In this document: positions 1 to 9,532 of the stretch, piece after piece | Position numbering within the stretch: the stretch's first letter is position 1 | Layout of the letters: each line of letters opens with the position of its first letter | NCBI GenBank assembly: GCA_029245955.1 | Contig: JAQWOH010000043.1 | Location: 261,365-325,364 of the forward strand | Length of the DNA stretch: 64,000 nucleotides | Source: Fuerstiella sp. | Lineage (GTDB): Bacteria > Planctomycetota > Planctomycetia > Planctomycetales > Planctomycetaceae | Direction: 5' to 3' | The notes under the pieces: generated by a model | Databases searched by the model: none | Seen by the model: the letters and a program-made list of their open reading frames with translations, nothing else | What the model was told of the DNA's origin: nothing | Made by a program: the position numbers and the translations under genes

Positions 1-1
1 G

Positions 2-1849
2 GCACAGTTCAACCTTCCGTTGACGCGTCCCGTGGCCAGGAGCGTCGTGCCGAGTGCTGGTCTGATCGCGCAACAGCCAGGGTTGTCAGGGCGAGTCGGA
101 GCAGAGCACAGCCCCAACGTCAGACAGTTGCTTAAGCCCGAATTCAAACTGGAAGTTGAGCGACGTCACAGTCAATTGATCATTACCGGACGCAACGTAC
201 GTCGACTTGCGGTCACAGACTCAGGCATCTGCAACTACGTCCAATACAGTCCAACGGAACTGGCAATCGTCGGGCTGGAGCTCGGCGCCACCGATCTCAT
301 GATGTGGTTCGAGGGTGAAACAACGCCAGCCATCTACGAAATTACGGTCGTGCGAGATGAAAACCTCGAGAACCAGCGTCGCTCTGAATTTGCACGACTG
401 GAACGACGGCTTGCAGAATTATTTCCAAACTCCAACGTCTATCTGGTCCCGATCGGCGACCAGGTATTGTTGAAGGGGCAGGCATACGACTCAGAAGAGG
501 CCGATCAGATCATGCAGATCGCTCGGTCTGAGGTGTTGCGATCACTGAATCGCTACGCCGGTGACGATCAGACCAACGCATTAAACGGGGGCGGTGGCGG
601 CGGCAATGTTGACCAGATACAGAACCAGTTTCTGAATAACGGATTAAGCTTCAACGACGTAGTTGTCAACATGCTGGAAGTTCCGGGCGATTTCAATATC
701 AAGATGCGGGTCATTATCGCAGAACTCAGTCGCAATGAGCTGCGAGATATGGCTGTTGACATTCCGAATCTGGATCTTGACGGCGGTCGTCATGTGCTGA
801 GCAGTGCTCTTGGCGCAGCCACTGGTGGCACCACGATGAGCGGCATTTTTGAAAATGGTGAAATAAGCGTCCTGGTTCGATGGCTGACAACGAACGGTAC
901 GGCAACTCTGCTTGCCGAACCGACAATCGTGTGCATGAGCGGCCATTCTGCGAGCTTGCTGGCTGGAGGTGAATTCGCAGTGCCAACAATTATTGGGCTG
1001 GGCGGCGGACAAAACACATCATTCCGCGGCGTTGGCACAAGTATGGTGGTCACGCCGACGGTCATTGACCGAGATCTGATACGCCTCCAGATTGTCCCGG
1101 AGTTCAGTTCCATTGACGGTGACAATGCCGTCAACGGCATTCCCGGCGTGACAGTGAAGCGAGTACAGACAACAGTTGAACTTCGTGAGGGACAGACGCT
1201 TGCTCTTGGCGGCCTGATTACACGACAAGCCGCGACAACGGTCAGCCGGATTCCGCTGCTTGGCGACATTCCATACATTGGCAGTCGACTGTTTCACGGC
1301 AAAAACGCTGCGGAAGCGGAAGCAGAACTGCTGGTCCTTGTGACACCGGAAATTGTGCGACCAATGGAATCTGATGAGGTGCCTCCTCTGCCTAATTTCT
1401 ATGTCACCCACCCAAATGATCATGATCTTTACAAGTATGGTCGTACCGAAGGCAATCCGGATCAGAATGTCTATCAGGTTCAGCCGTACGGTACGGGAGC
1501 GACTCACGGAGTTCCGTCCGGATATCACATGCAAAGTGCGCAAGCGGTGCCACAGTACGCGACTCCGAACATGAATGTGCCCGGGGCAGCGGGGCAGGAC
1601 GGTGGAATGCAGACACTGCCCCCGCAGCCCAAAGTGACCCGGCCACCGCCTGGCACGAACAACATCCAGCAGTACCAGCAACAGCCGTCAAACCAGCAAT
1701 TGGCACCTCCCCTCCCGGGTAACGCACAGGGAGCATTCACGCCTCCCGCTTCCACGCAAAGTCTGAGTTCCCGATTTACGACGTTTCTGAGAAAGCCCGT
1801 ATTTCCTTCAAAACAGAACCCCGTCACGAGTACCACCTGGCAGAAATAA
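2..1849 (+). CDS. Secretin (type II/III secretion system family, CpaC/RcpA-like Flp/Tad pilus secretin); 5' end probably lies outside the window
   Basis: The frame is open from the window edge (GCA CAG TTC AAC CTT CCG precede the TTG at 20) and the listed product has no signal peptide. It has a pilus-secretin N-domain-like segment (FKLEVERRHSQLIITGRNVRRLAVTDSGICNYVQYSPTELAIVGLELGATDLMMWF). The secretin core is present (LLAEPTIVCMSGHSASLLAGGEFAVP, IPLLGDIPYIGSRLF, ELLVLVTPEIV). A ~150-aa P/Q/N-rich tail follows. Confidence 0.8.
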   Translation, partial: AQFNLPLTRPVARSVVPSAGLIAQQPGLSGRVGAEHSPNVRQLLKPEFKLEVERRHSQLIITGRNVRRLAVTDSGICNYVQYSPTELAIVGLELGATDLMMWFEGETTPAIYEITVVRDENLENQRRSEFARLERRLAELFPNSNVYLVPIGDQVLLKGQAYDSEEADQIMQIARSEVLRSLNRYAGDDQTNALNGGGGGGNVDQIQNQFLNNGLSFNDVVVNMLEVPGDFNIKMRVIIAELSRNELRDMAVDIPNLDLDGGRHVLSSALGAATGGTTMSGIFENGEISVLVRWLTTNGTATLLAEPTIVCMSGHSASLLAGGEFAVPTIIGLGGGQNTSFRGVGTSMVVTPTVIDRDLIRLQIVPEFSSIDGDNAVNGIPGVTVKRVQTTVELREGQTLALGGLITRQAATTVSRIPLLGDIPYIGSRLFHGKNAAEAEAELLVLVTPEIVRPMESDEVPPLPNFYVTHPNDHDLYKYGRTEGNPDQNVYQVQPYGTGATHGVPSGYHMQSAQAVPQYATPNMNVPGAAGQDGGMQTLPPQPKVTRPPPGTNNIQQYQQQPSNQQLAPPLPGNAQGAFTPPASTQSLSSRFTTFLRKPVFPSKQNPVTSTTWQK

Positions 1850-1924
1850 TACTTGTGCGGCCACGCTGCTCCGGTCCGTCACACCGAAATTCGAAGCAGC
1901 TCTCAAACGCTCTTATGCGGCGAC

Positions 1925-2461
1925 ATGAGGAATAACATGAAATCTCTGAAGATCTGGCAACTGTTCGTCATCGCTGCATTAAGTGGAGCCTTCTCCGGCT
2001 GCTTATCCGGACATCGCTCGATGGCGGTTCCGGACATGATTCCACTGGGAGCCGTCAGTCGCGCTCACTGGCACACCATGGAAACGAACGGTGAGGCCAG
2101 TGACTTTGTGATCCATCGCAATGAGTTCGTGGACAACTCATCAGAGCTATCGCCTTATGGGCGGGATCACATTATGGAAATCGCCGCCAGGATGCCGTCA
2201 ACGCCGTTCCCGGTTCTGGTTCAGCGAAGCGACAATAACTCCGACCCGGAACTTGATGCCGTGAGACGTAATCTCGTCGTAAGAGTACTGACCGATCTGG
2301 GCGCTGCGGACGCAGAACGGCGAACCGTAGTCTCGCAACCCTACAGCAACGGAATCAACGCTGTCGAAGCTGAACAGGACTATGGCCGTTTCCGATTATC
2401 GCGCAGCAATGGATCCGGCAACGGAGTTGGTAACGGAAATAATGGTGGTGGTTCATTCTGA
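1925..2461 (+). CDS. Putative lipoprotein next to the secretin (possible pilus-biogenesis accessory, CpaD-like?)
   Basis: ATG 1925 gives MRNNMKSLKIWQLFVIAALSGAFSGC, a signal peptide with a lipobox Cys. The track ORF starts at the upstream TTG 1853. It sits 4 nt after the secretin stop. I recognise no diagnostic catalytic motif. The C-terminus is G/N-rich (GSGNGVGNGNNGGG). Confidence 0.5.
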   Translation: MRNNMKSLKIWQLFVIAALSGAFSGCLSGHRSMAVPDMIPLGAVSRAHWHTMETNGEASDFVIHRNEFVDNSSELSPYGRDHIMEIAARMPSTPFPVLVQRSDNNSDPELDAVRRNLVVRVLTDLGAADAERRTVVSQPYSNGINAVEAEQDYGRFRLSRSNGSGNGVGNGNNGGGSF

Positions 2462-2730
2462 CGGCAGGCTGTTCAACATTTCCGACGAATTCAACGCGGC
2501 AGGTTTTCCTGCCGCGATTACTGCGCTTAGTGGCCACGACACATGCAGAAGTTGTCATTAGAACGGCAACATCTGCCGATAGTCGTTGAAGGTGGGTAGA
2601 TTCAGAATCTGAACGTGTCGGACGATCTCGACATGGTCTGAGACCAGTCGTATAACGACGGGCTCCTGTGGTCAGCTCTCGTTTCTCTCACGGCTGACCA
2701 TTTCCATCTTTTCAAGACGGATGGCTTGCC

Positions 2731-4761
2731 ATGACACGAAGCCCCCATTGTATCGGGCTTATATGCCTTGCTGTGTTCTCAGGATGTCAGTCGATCGACT
2801 CATCTTTGTTTCCATGGCAAACAGCGAATCAGACAAAATACAAGACGGCCGAAGAACTCGCGGCCATGAACAATCCTCAACCCGTCGCTGCGCGCACTGA
2901 GGGCGAGCAGGATATTCAACAGACGGTCATGGCGACGGCCAGTTCGCAACCGGTGTCGACGGGACGAGTTCAACAGCTGGTTCAGTCGGGACAAGCAGCC
3001 CTCCGCGATGGTCAGTCTCCCGCACACCTTGAAAGAGCGCGACAGGATTTTCAGCAGGCACTCAGTCTCGACGCGGGTAACACCGACGCCCACCATGGCA
3101 TCGCGATCGTAGCCGACCTGGAGGATGAGTGGTCAGTTGCAGAATACCACTACAAACAGGCACTGCGACAGCAACCGCAGGACCCAGGTATTTTGAATGA
3201 CCTTGGATACAGTTACCTGCTGCAGAATCGATACGATGAATCTTCACAGTACCTGAGGCAGGCTCTTCACGTTGCTCCTCAGCATGAACATGCTCACATT
3301 AACCTGGCACTGCTGGCACTGAAACGCGGCGACCGCCGAGCTGCCGAATCGCAACTGGCTGAGATCTATACGGCGGATGACGTGAATACAACCATTGCTC
3401 GTCTGGAGCAGGACCTTCAGCCGAAGGACGCCAACGCTATACAGGTTGACGTATCTCAGCCACTGAATGTGTCGTTTGAGGAAACAAAACGGCTAATGGC
3501 CGAAGAACGCGTGCGTTCCCAGAGGGCTCGGCAGGAAAGAGCAAATCAAGAGCAGCAAAGACTGGCAGCTGGCGGGCTGCAAAGACCGACTGGTCGATTC
3601 ACGCCGCAGCCGCAGCAAACCACGATGTTTCAACCAAATACAACTTCAGCCTACCCGGTGGCCTTGAACGCGGGGAGAACATCGACCGCAAACGTGGTTA
3701 CTTCGTACGGCTACCCAACGTCCCCCCGCCCAGACATTCAGCACCACGGTGCCGGTGCTGCCCCCCGTGAGACGTTCGTGAATGCTCCCGCAAACAGCTA
3801 CCCGACCGGGGTCGCCGCAGCTCAGATGGCAAATGTCGCCACGCACAACACAGTTCCTCAATTCTCCGGCGGTCAGTCAGCACCGTTTCCTCAGCAGGGC
3901 ATAGCGCCACATCAGTCTGCGCATGCTGCCGCGCCCGCACAATACGAACGGCCGTTGCAGCAAGATCACCCAGCCCATTACGGAGTTCAGACACAATTTG
4001 CCACCCGGGGATCGCCGACCCAGGGATTGATACAGCAGGTCACGCAACCGCGGATTTCGAATCGTTACGGAGTTCCACAACCCGCGGCGCCCGTACAACA
4101 GTTTCAAAACGCGGTACCGCAGAATTACCAGGCTCCGGTTGCCGGACTTAACACCGGTCCGGGAGCATTATTCCCGATCACCACAGGGAATGGCTCAGTC
4201 AGCCCGGCAGGAATGAACCAGATCCGGTCGTCCTTCTCTCAAACTTCGACTCAGCCTCGATTTCCGGGGCAGAATGTCGGTGGTGTACCCAAAATGATGC
4301 CGGGCACAAACTCGATGATCAATGGAGGAATGTACCAACAGCCGCCACGAATCCTTCCGGCCGAACAGCATCTGCAACAGATGCGATACAGCCAGCAGGA
4401 ACCGGTACCAACCGTGCAGCCGCCTGTTGCGGCCATTCCGTCAGTGGGACCTCCGACGTTTGCTGCAGGAGGTGTTCTGACGCCAGCCGAATCGTCACCG
4501 CAAAGCTACGGAACACATCGGAGTCAGCAAATGGCGGAAGGTCCTGCAATAACTCAAACCACTTCTACGGGAACCCAGCCGTCCAGCAATCGACAGGGCG
4601 TCGGCCACAATCCCGACGTGCAGCTCAGGGCGGCCGTCCCGGCAAGTCCGTTGGCGGCTTATGAACAGCAGCTGCGTGGTCTGAACAGCCAGTACAACCA
4701 GGCGATACAACAGGTGCAGGACAACCGTGGCGGGTTGAATCCTGTGCAGGCCCGGTATTGA
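2731..4761 (+). CDS. TPR-repeat lipoprotein (TadD-like) with a ~420-aa Q/P/N-rich low-complexity C-terminal region
   Basis: The N-terminus MTRSPHCIGLICLAVFSGCQS is a lipoprotein signal. TPR-like repeats are present (ARQDFQQALSLDAGNTDAHHGIAIV, EYHYKQALRQQPQDPGILNDLGYSYLLQNRYDESSQYLRQALHVAPQHEHAHINLA). The rest is low-complexity Q/P/A/T/N sequence. Confidence 0.7.
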   Translation: MTRSPHCIGLICLAVFSGCQSIDSSLFPWQTANQTKYKTAEELAAMNNPQPVAARTEGEQDIQQTVMATASSQPVSTGRVQQLVQSGQAALRDGQSPAHLERARQDFQQALSLDAGNTDAHHGIAIVADLEDEWSVAEYHYKQALRQQPQDPGILNDLGYSYLLQNRYDESSQYLRQALHVAPQHEHAHINLALLALKRGDRRAAESQLAEIYTADDVNTTIARLEQDLQPKDANAIQVDVSQPLNVSFEETKRLMAEERVRSQRARQERANQEQQRLAAGGLQRPTGRFTPQPQQTTMFQPNTTSAYPVALNAGRTSTANVVTSYGYPTSPRPDIQHHGAGAAPRETFVNAPANSYPTGVAAAQMANVATHNTVPQFSGGQSAPFPQQGIAPHQSAHAAAPAQYERPLQQDHPAHYGVQTQFATRGSPTQGLIQQVTQPRISNRYGVPQPAAPVQQFQNAVPQNYQAPVAGLNTGPGALFPITTGNGSVSPAGMNQIRSSFSQTSTQPRFPGQNVGGVPKMMPGTNSMINGGMYQQPPRILPAEQHLQQMRYSQQEPVPTVQPPVAAIPSVGPPTFAAGGVLTPAESSPQSYGTHRSQQMAEGPAITQTTSTGTQPSSNRQGVGHNPDVQLRAAVPASPLAAYEQQLRGLNSQYNQAIQQVQDNRGGLNPVQARY

Positions 4762-4797
4762 ACCGTATGAAGTCCCGCAGGGTCTCCTGTATGTGCG

Positions 4798-6300
4798 TTA
4801 CAAAGCCAGGCTCAGCAGCCGTTCTTCGATTTCGTGGATCACATCAGCAACGGTGCGACCGCGACACGATGTCGGCAGGCTGATCGGCGAGTCGCTGTCA
4901 ATCCATAACTGCACGCGTTTTTCCGCAGCCACAACAGTACTGTGATCGCGTCCCCCGAAGTACATCCCGATTTCGCGGTAGGCCGACTTCGTCAGTTTCC
5001 GAGCGATGTACATAGCCACTGCCCGTGGGCAGCTCACCGCTTTGCGACGTGATTTTGAACGCAGATCGGCAGTCGTCAGACCAAACGCGTCGCAGATCAC
5101 CTTTTCAACATCACTGATGCGTACCAGTCGGCGGCACTCACGCTCCATATCTCCGAGAATTTCACGAGCACGAGAGACAGTGATTCTTTTTCCGCCGAGC
5201 TTGTAATGGCCGTGCAGGCAGTTCAGAGCCCCCTGTATTTCCCGAACATTGTTACGACACTTTATGGCGACGTAATCCAGAGCTTCCTGGGTAAAGCTCT
5301 CTCGAATCGGAAGCGCCAGCGATGCCGCGATACGACGTCGGGTTTCTTCGGAAGGACTTTCGATCCGGCATACCAGCCCGCTCATGAAACGTGTCGTCAG
5401 TTCTTCACGGTGCTTGCTCAGCAGACGGGGATGACGATCGCCGGTAATCACAAGCTGCCCGCCATGCTCGACAACCTGCACCACCGTGTGCAGGAATTCC
5501 TCCTGGGTTGCTCGCTTGTTATCAAGGAATTCAATGTTATCGACAAGCAGAACGTCCACATTTCGAAACCGCTGTCGAAACGAGGGAACAGTCCTGGAAG
5601 CCAGCGCCTGCGTAAAGTAATTCGTAAACGATTCGCTGGTCAAATACATCACATTCAGGCTGGTATGTGTTGTCTTGACTTCGCTGTATATTGCTTCCAG
5701 CAAATGGGTTTTACCGACACCTGTTGGGCCGTGGATATACAGAGGATTGAAACGTTCACCCGGAAATTCAGCAACCTGTTGCGCGGCCATCAGCGCAAGG
5801 TCATTGCACTCGCCCGACATCAGACCCGCAAATTGTCGAAATCGCCGACGATTTGCCGGTCGTACGGCCAGGGACTGAACACCTGTAACCGAGGCTGCCA
5901 CCTTCGCAGCAGACCGAACCGCCCCGGCCACAACCGGCTGGTCCTGCACTGGAGGCATAGCGACAGCACGTTCTTCAACAACTGACACCTTATCTGTGGA
6001 AACAACCGCGGTCTGCAGCGACTCATCGACGGAAAGCTCAAACCTTCCGGCAGGCCCCAGCAGGGCGGCCGCAGCCATGCTGAACTGTGACCGAAACCGC
6101 TTCAGCAACCAGTTCGAAATGAACGGATTTGGCACATAGATGTGCAGCGTATCGCCGGTTACGGAAAACCTGCTGCGTTCGCGGAACCAGTGTTGAAAAT
6201 GTTGATCGCCAACGGCCTTTCGAATGACCGCCACGACAGGCTCAGACTCTGCGGCATGGTACGATCCCGTCGTCTTTCCCTGATCAGCGGGCTGCGTCAT
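4798..6300 (-). CDS. dnaA: Chromosomal replication initiator protein DnaA
   Basis: Walker A is GPTGVGKTHLL and Walker B is LLVDNIEFL. The box VII region is GGQLVITGDRHP. The C-terminal DNA-binding signature is AREIGMYFGGRDHSTVVAAEKRV. Length is 500 aa. Confidence 0.95.
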   Translation of the reverse strand: MTQPADQGKTTGSYHAAESEPVVAVIRKAVGDQHFQHWFRERSRFSVTGDTLHIYVPNPFISNWLLKRFRSQFSMAAAALLGPAGRFELSVDESLQTAVVSTDKVSVVEERAVAMPPVQDQPVVAGAVRSAAKVAASVTGVQSLAVRPANRRRFRQFAGLMSGECNDLALMAAQQVAEFPGERFNPLYIHGPTGVGKTHLLEAIYSEVKTTHTSLNVMYLTSESFTNYFTQALASRTVPSFRQRFRNVDVLLVDNIEFLDNKRATQEEFLHTVVQVVEHGGQLVITGDRHPRLLSKHREELTTRFMSGLVCRIESPSEETRRRIAASLALPIRESFTQEALDYVAIKCRNNVREIQGALNCLHGHYKLGGKRITVSRAREILGDMERECRRLVRISDVEKVICDAFGLTTADLRSKSRRKAVSCPRAVAMYIARKLTKSAYREIGMYFGGRDHSTVVAAEKRVQLWIDSDSPISLPTSCRGRTVADVIHEIEERLLSLAL

Positions 6301-6494
6301 GCGACCCCTCCATCGAAACTCCGCGCAGCATCACACCGGGGAGGAAAAGTGCAGAAAAACCGGCACTCCGTCGCCTACGGCAGACACATTGGGAGATGAC
6401 TCATGTGTGGATGCGTGCAACAGAGGTGCAGAATTCTGCCGCATGCCTTACTCAACTCAACGGCGACGATCTTAACTCGCAATAACCAACTGTC

Positions 6495-6513
6495 AAATGA
6501 CGCAGCGTCATTT
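6495..6513. promoter_or_regulatory. Perfect 9-bp-arm palindrome in the dnaA / glycosyltransferase divergent intergenic region
   Basis: The sequence AAATGACGC-A-GCGTCATTT was read directly. It lies ~195 nt upstream of dnaA and ~130 nt upstream of the GT4 gene. Function is unknown (operator or hairpin). Confidence 0.3.
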
Positions 6514-6640
6514 ATCATGCTCAAAAACAGACACGGAACGTAAGTCCGTCTTAGAACACCACTTCGATATTTGGTGCTAAGAAACCGACCTTGCTGATTG
6601 CCGAATCAGAAAAATCTGCTCTCACTGAAACTCCGGATTT

Positions 6641-7825
6641 ATGTCACGAATCAAAGTTGTCTTTTCCATCGGATCGATGCATGGCGGTGGCGCAGAGCGG
6701 CAGCTGGTCGGCCTGTTAAGACATATTGACCGAAGCCGATTTGAGCCTTTTCTGTATCTGGTCTATGGCTCCGGCCCTCTTCTGGCTGAGATTCCGGAAG
6801 ACATTCCGATCGACACATTCGAATCACGCGACACGAATCGTCCGACCCGATTTCCAGGAACCATGCACCGTCGGCGAGTCGACGACATGAGTCGTTTTCT
6901 GCGCCAGGTGCGGGCAGACGTCAGCTACGACCGAACCTTTCTTATGACGCTGATTGCTGCTGATGCGGCACAGCGCGTCAACGTGCCCAACATTTCAACA
7001 ATTGTAACGGACCCGAAGTATGGATTCCGGCCCGTCGCTGGACGGTTTCAGTCAGTCAAACGACGACGATTGCGAAGACTCTATACTTATTCCGCATGTG
7101 TCGTCGCCAATTCCAGCGGCGCCGCGCGATCAGCGGAATCATTCTACGGTCTGACACCGGAATCGGTGACGACGCTGTACAACGGAGTCGACATCGACAG
7201 TGTGATACGGCAGGCCACAGTAAAAATAGACGACGACTGGTGGAACGCTACTGCAACTGCCCGGCAGAGCTTTCGCATCGCCACAGCGGGCCGACTGAAT
7301 AGAGAAAAGGGGTTCCATCTGCTGATCGACGCAGTGGCGCAACTGCGAAACCTGAATCCCGATGTAAACTTACGCTTAGCGATTCTGGGAGAGGGACAAG
7401 GCCGACAGGATCTCGAAACACAGATTTCAGAACTTCAGTTGCAGAACAGGGTCAGACTGCTCGGCTTTCGCACTGACGCTCCCGCATGGTACAGAACAGC
7501 GGATCTGTTCGTGCTGCCTTCATTTTTTGAAGGTATGCCAAACGTGCTGCTTGAATCTATGGCCTGTGATACGGCTGTGCTGTCTACCGACTGCCCGTCC
7601 GGACCCGCAGAAATTCTACAGAACGGTCAATTCGGAGCTTTGTGCCCGATCGGAAACGTAAACGCTCTGACGACAGAGATTGCGAAATTCGTGGCGGATC
7701 GAAGCCTCGCAAAACGTTATACTCCAGCAGCATCTGAACATGTCCGTCAGAATTTTTCGATTTCAGCAACGGTCGGACATCTGGAAAACCTGCTCGAAGA
7801 CGCGTCAAATACACACAGGGCCTGA
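6641..7825 (+). CDS. Glycosyltransferase, family 4 (GT-B, 'glycosyl transferases group 1')
   Basis: The N-terminus is GSMHGGGAERQLVGL. The C-terminal GT1 signature is ADLFVLPSFFEGMPNVLLESMACDTAVLSTDCPSGPAEIL. Length is 394 aa. Confidence 0.85.
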   Translation: MSRIKVVFSIGSMHGGGAERQLVGLLRHIDRSRFEPFLYLVYGSGPLLAEIPEDIPIDTFESRDTNRPTRFPGTMHRRRVDDMSRFLRQVRADVSYDRTFLMTLIAADAAQRVNVPNISTIVTDPKYGFRPVAGRFQSVKRRRLRRLYTYSACVVANSSGAARSAESFYGLTPESVTTLYNGVDIDSVIRQATVKIDDDWWNATATARQSFRIATAGRLNREKGFHLLIDAVAQLRNLNPDVNLRLAILGEGQGRQDLETQISELQLQNRVRLLGFRTDAPAWYRTADLFVLPSFFEGMPNVLLESMACDTAVLSTDCPSGPAEILQNGQFGALCPIGNVNALTTEIAKFVADRSLAKRYTPAASEHVRQNFSISATVGHLENLLEDASNTHRA

Positions 7826-8070
7826 CATCGCTGTATGAGACGATTTGTGCGCGTCGCGATTACGCTCAAGGGGCTGTCCCGACACCGCCGGGGTGCACTC
7901 CGTGAACGAAAACACAAAGCAAAACAATGATGCAGCATATAACACCAACTTCCACCAACGGACTAGCTCCCGTCAATGATTTCGCGCGACGTTCGTGTTC
8001 CGGACGACCACCACGAATCGAAGCTCGCAACGCAATCACAGCGGAAGGGCTGGATGGCTTCCAACTGGTG

Positions 8071-9303
8071 ATGTCTTCCCTGCGAAACAGATTCATTGGA
8101 AGCAGTCTTGTGGCACTGATCATTCTGACACATGCCGCGGGCTGCCCCGGGCAGGCTCGCGATCGGTTTTCGGAGATTCGCCGGCGGATGGTTGCCGAAG
8201 TCATCGAAGCCGAAGGAATCACAAACCCCCTGGTGCTGGACGCCATTCGCAACGTACGAAGGCACGAGTTTGTCACTGGCACGCTTCGAGGTCGCGCCTA
8301 CCAGGACACAGCGTTGCCGATTGGTTCACAACAAACGATTTCTCCACCGTACATCGTGGCGTACATGACCGACACCATCGATCCTCAACCGGAAGACCGC
8401 GTTCTGGAGGTGGGTACAGGAAGCGGCTATCAGGCCGCGGTACTTGCAGAAATCGTCAAGGAAGTCTACTCCGTGGAAATCGTTTCCGCGCTGGCAAAGT
8501 CCGCGACCCGGCGGCTGTCGAAACTTGGTTATGACAATATCAAGGTGCGTGACGGTGACGGATACGAAGGCTGGGCAGAACACGCCCCGTTCGACAAGGT
8601 GATCGTCACCTGCTCACCGGAGAGTGTGCCGCAGCCACTCATTGATCAACTTCGCGATGGCGGCATGATGATTATCCCCAAGGGGCAGCGATACCAGCAG
8701 TCGTTCTATCTGCTGCGAAAGGAGGGTGGTGAACTGAAGGAACAGAAGCTTGTGCCAACACTGTTTGTGCCAATGACGGGTGCATCAGAACAGCAGCGAC
8801 GAGTGCAGCCGGATCCCCGCCACCCTTCCATCGTAAACGGCGATTTCGAAATCGATGGCAACGAAGATGGCCGCGTGGATGGCTGGCATTATCAGCGACA
8901 GGCGGAGATGTGTTCAGAAAAACCGATGCGTGGTCCAGTCTGCCTGCGTTTTTCGAACCAGGACCCCGGTCAGCTGTCGCAGGCATTGCAGGGCTGTGCG
9001 GTGAGCGGACGCAATGTTGCGGCTCTTGACCTCGCTGTCTGGGCTCGAGTCGATTCCGTCGTTCCCGGTCCGAGGACGACAGACTTCGCGGCCGTCGTGA
9101 TTCACTTCTACGATTCCGTTCGCCGCGAACTCGGAGTACAGATTGTGGGTAAGTGGCGAGGCACCGCAAACTGGCAGCAGTCACGCCGTCGAATTCCGGT
9201 GCCTACCAACGCACGAGAGATCGTGATCCGAATCGGTCTGAACGGCGCAACCGGTACACTGGATCTGGACGATTTCCGTATGGCTCCCGTGCTCCGGCGC
9301 TGA
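8071..9303 (+). CDS. pcm: Exported protein-L-isoaspartate O-methyltransferase fused to a C-terminal jelly-roll/CBM-like domain
   Basis: PIMT motifs are present: RRHEFV, IGSQQTISPPYIVAYMTD, VLEVGTGSGYQAAVLAEIV, VYSVEIV. ATG 8071 gives MSSLRNRFIGSSLVALIILTHAAGC, a lipoprotein-type signal. The track ORF starts at 7927. The last ~170 aa begin IVNGDFEIDGNEDGRVDGWHY, which resembles a CBM4_9/galactose-binding-like fold. Confidence 0.8.
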   Translation: MSSLRNRFIGSSLVALIILTHAAGCPGQARDRFSEIRRRMVAEVIEAEGITNPLVLDAIRNVRRHEFVTGTLRGRAYQDTALPIGSQQTISPPYIVAYMTDTIDPQPEDRVLEVGTGSGYQAAVLAEIVKEVYSVEIVSALAKSATRRLSKLGYDNIKVRDGDGYEGWAEHAPFDKVIVTCSPESVPQPLIDQLRDGGMMIIPKGQRYQQSFYLLRKEGGELKEQKLVPTLFVPMTGASEQQRRVQPDPRHPSIVNGDFEIDGNEDGRVDGWHYQRQAEMCSEKPMRGPVCLRFSNQDPGQLSQALQGCAVSGRNVAALDLAVWARVDSVVPGPRTTDFAAVVIHFYDSVRRELGVQIVGKWRGTANWQQSRRRIPVPTNAREIVIRIGLNGATGTLDLDDFRMAPVLRR

Positions 9304-9532
9304 CACCGCTTCATCATCGCCGGTCCACATGGTATGGTGCCTGTTGTCGGAACCGACCATGAAGTCAGAGAAGGGCAGTCGAGGCACGATTCCGCAAATC
9401 TCCAGGACTGGCCCCGGTCTGTTCGACAGCGAAATGCTGACCGGTTTTTCATGAAGCAGTCAACGTCAGACTGTGGGATTGTCGGTACACCGTCGCGCGA
9501 CTGATGCCGCCGGGCGGGCGAGTAAGAAATCG

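Noticed and set aside
5206-5985. 259-aa plus-strand ORF
   Set aside because: It is entirely antisense to dnaA, whose motifs are unambiguous.
6301-6640. oriC call upstream of dnaA
   Set aside because: I found only one weak DnaA-box-like 9-mer and no obvious AT-rich unwinding element, which is insufficient.
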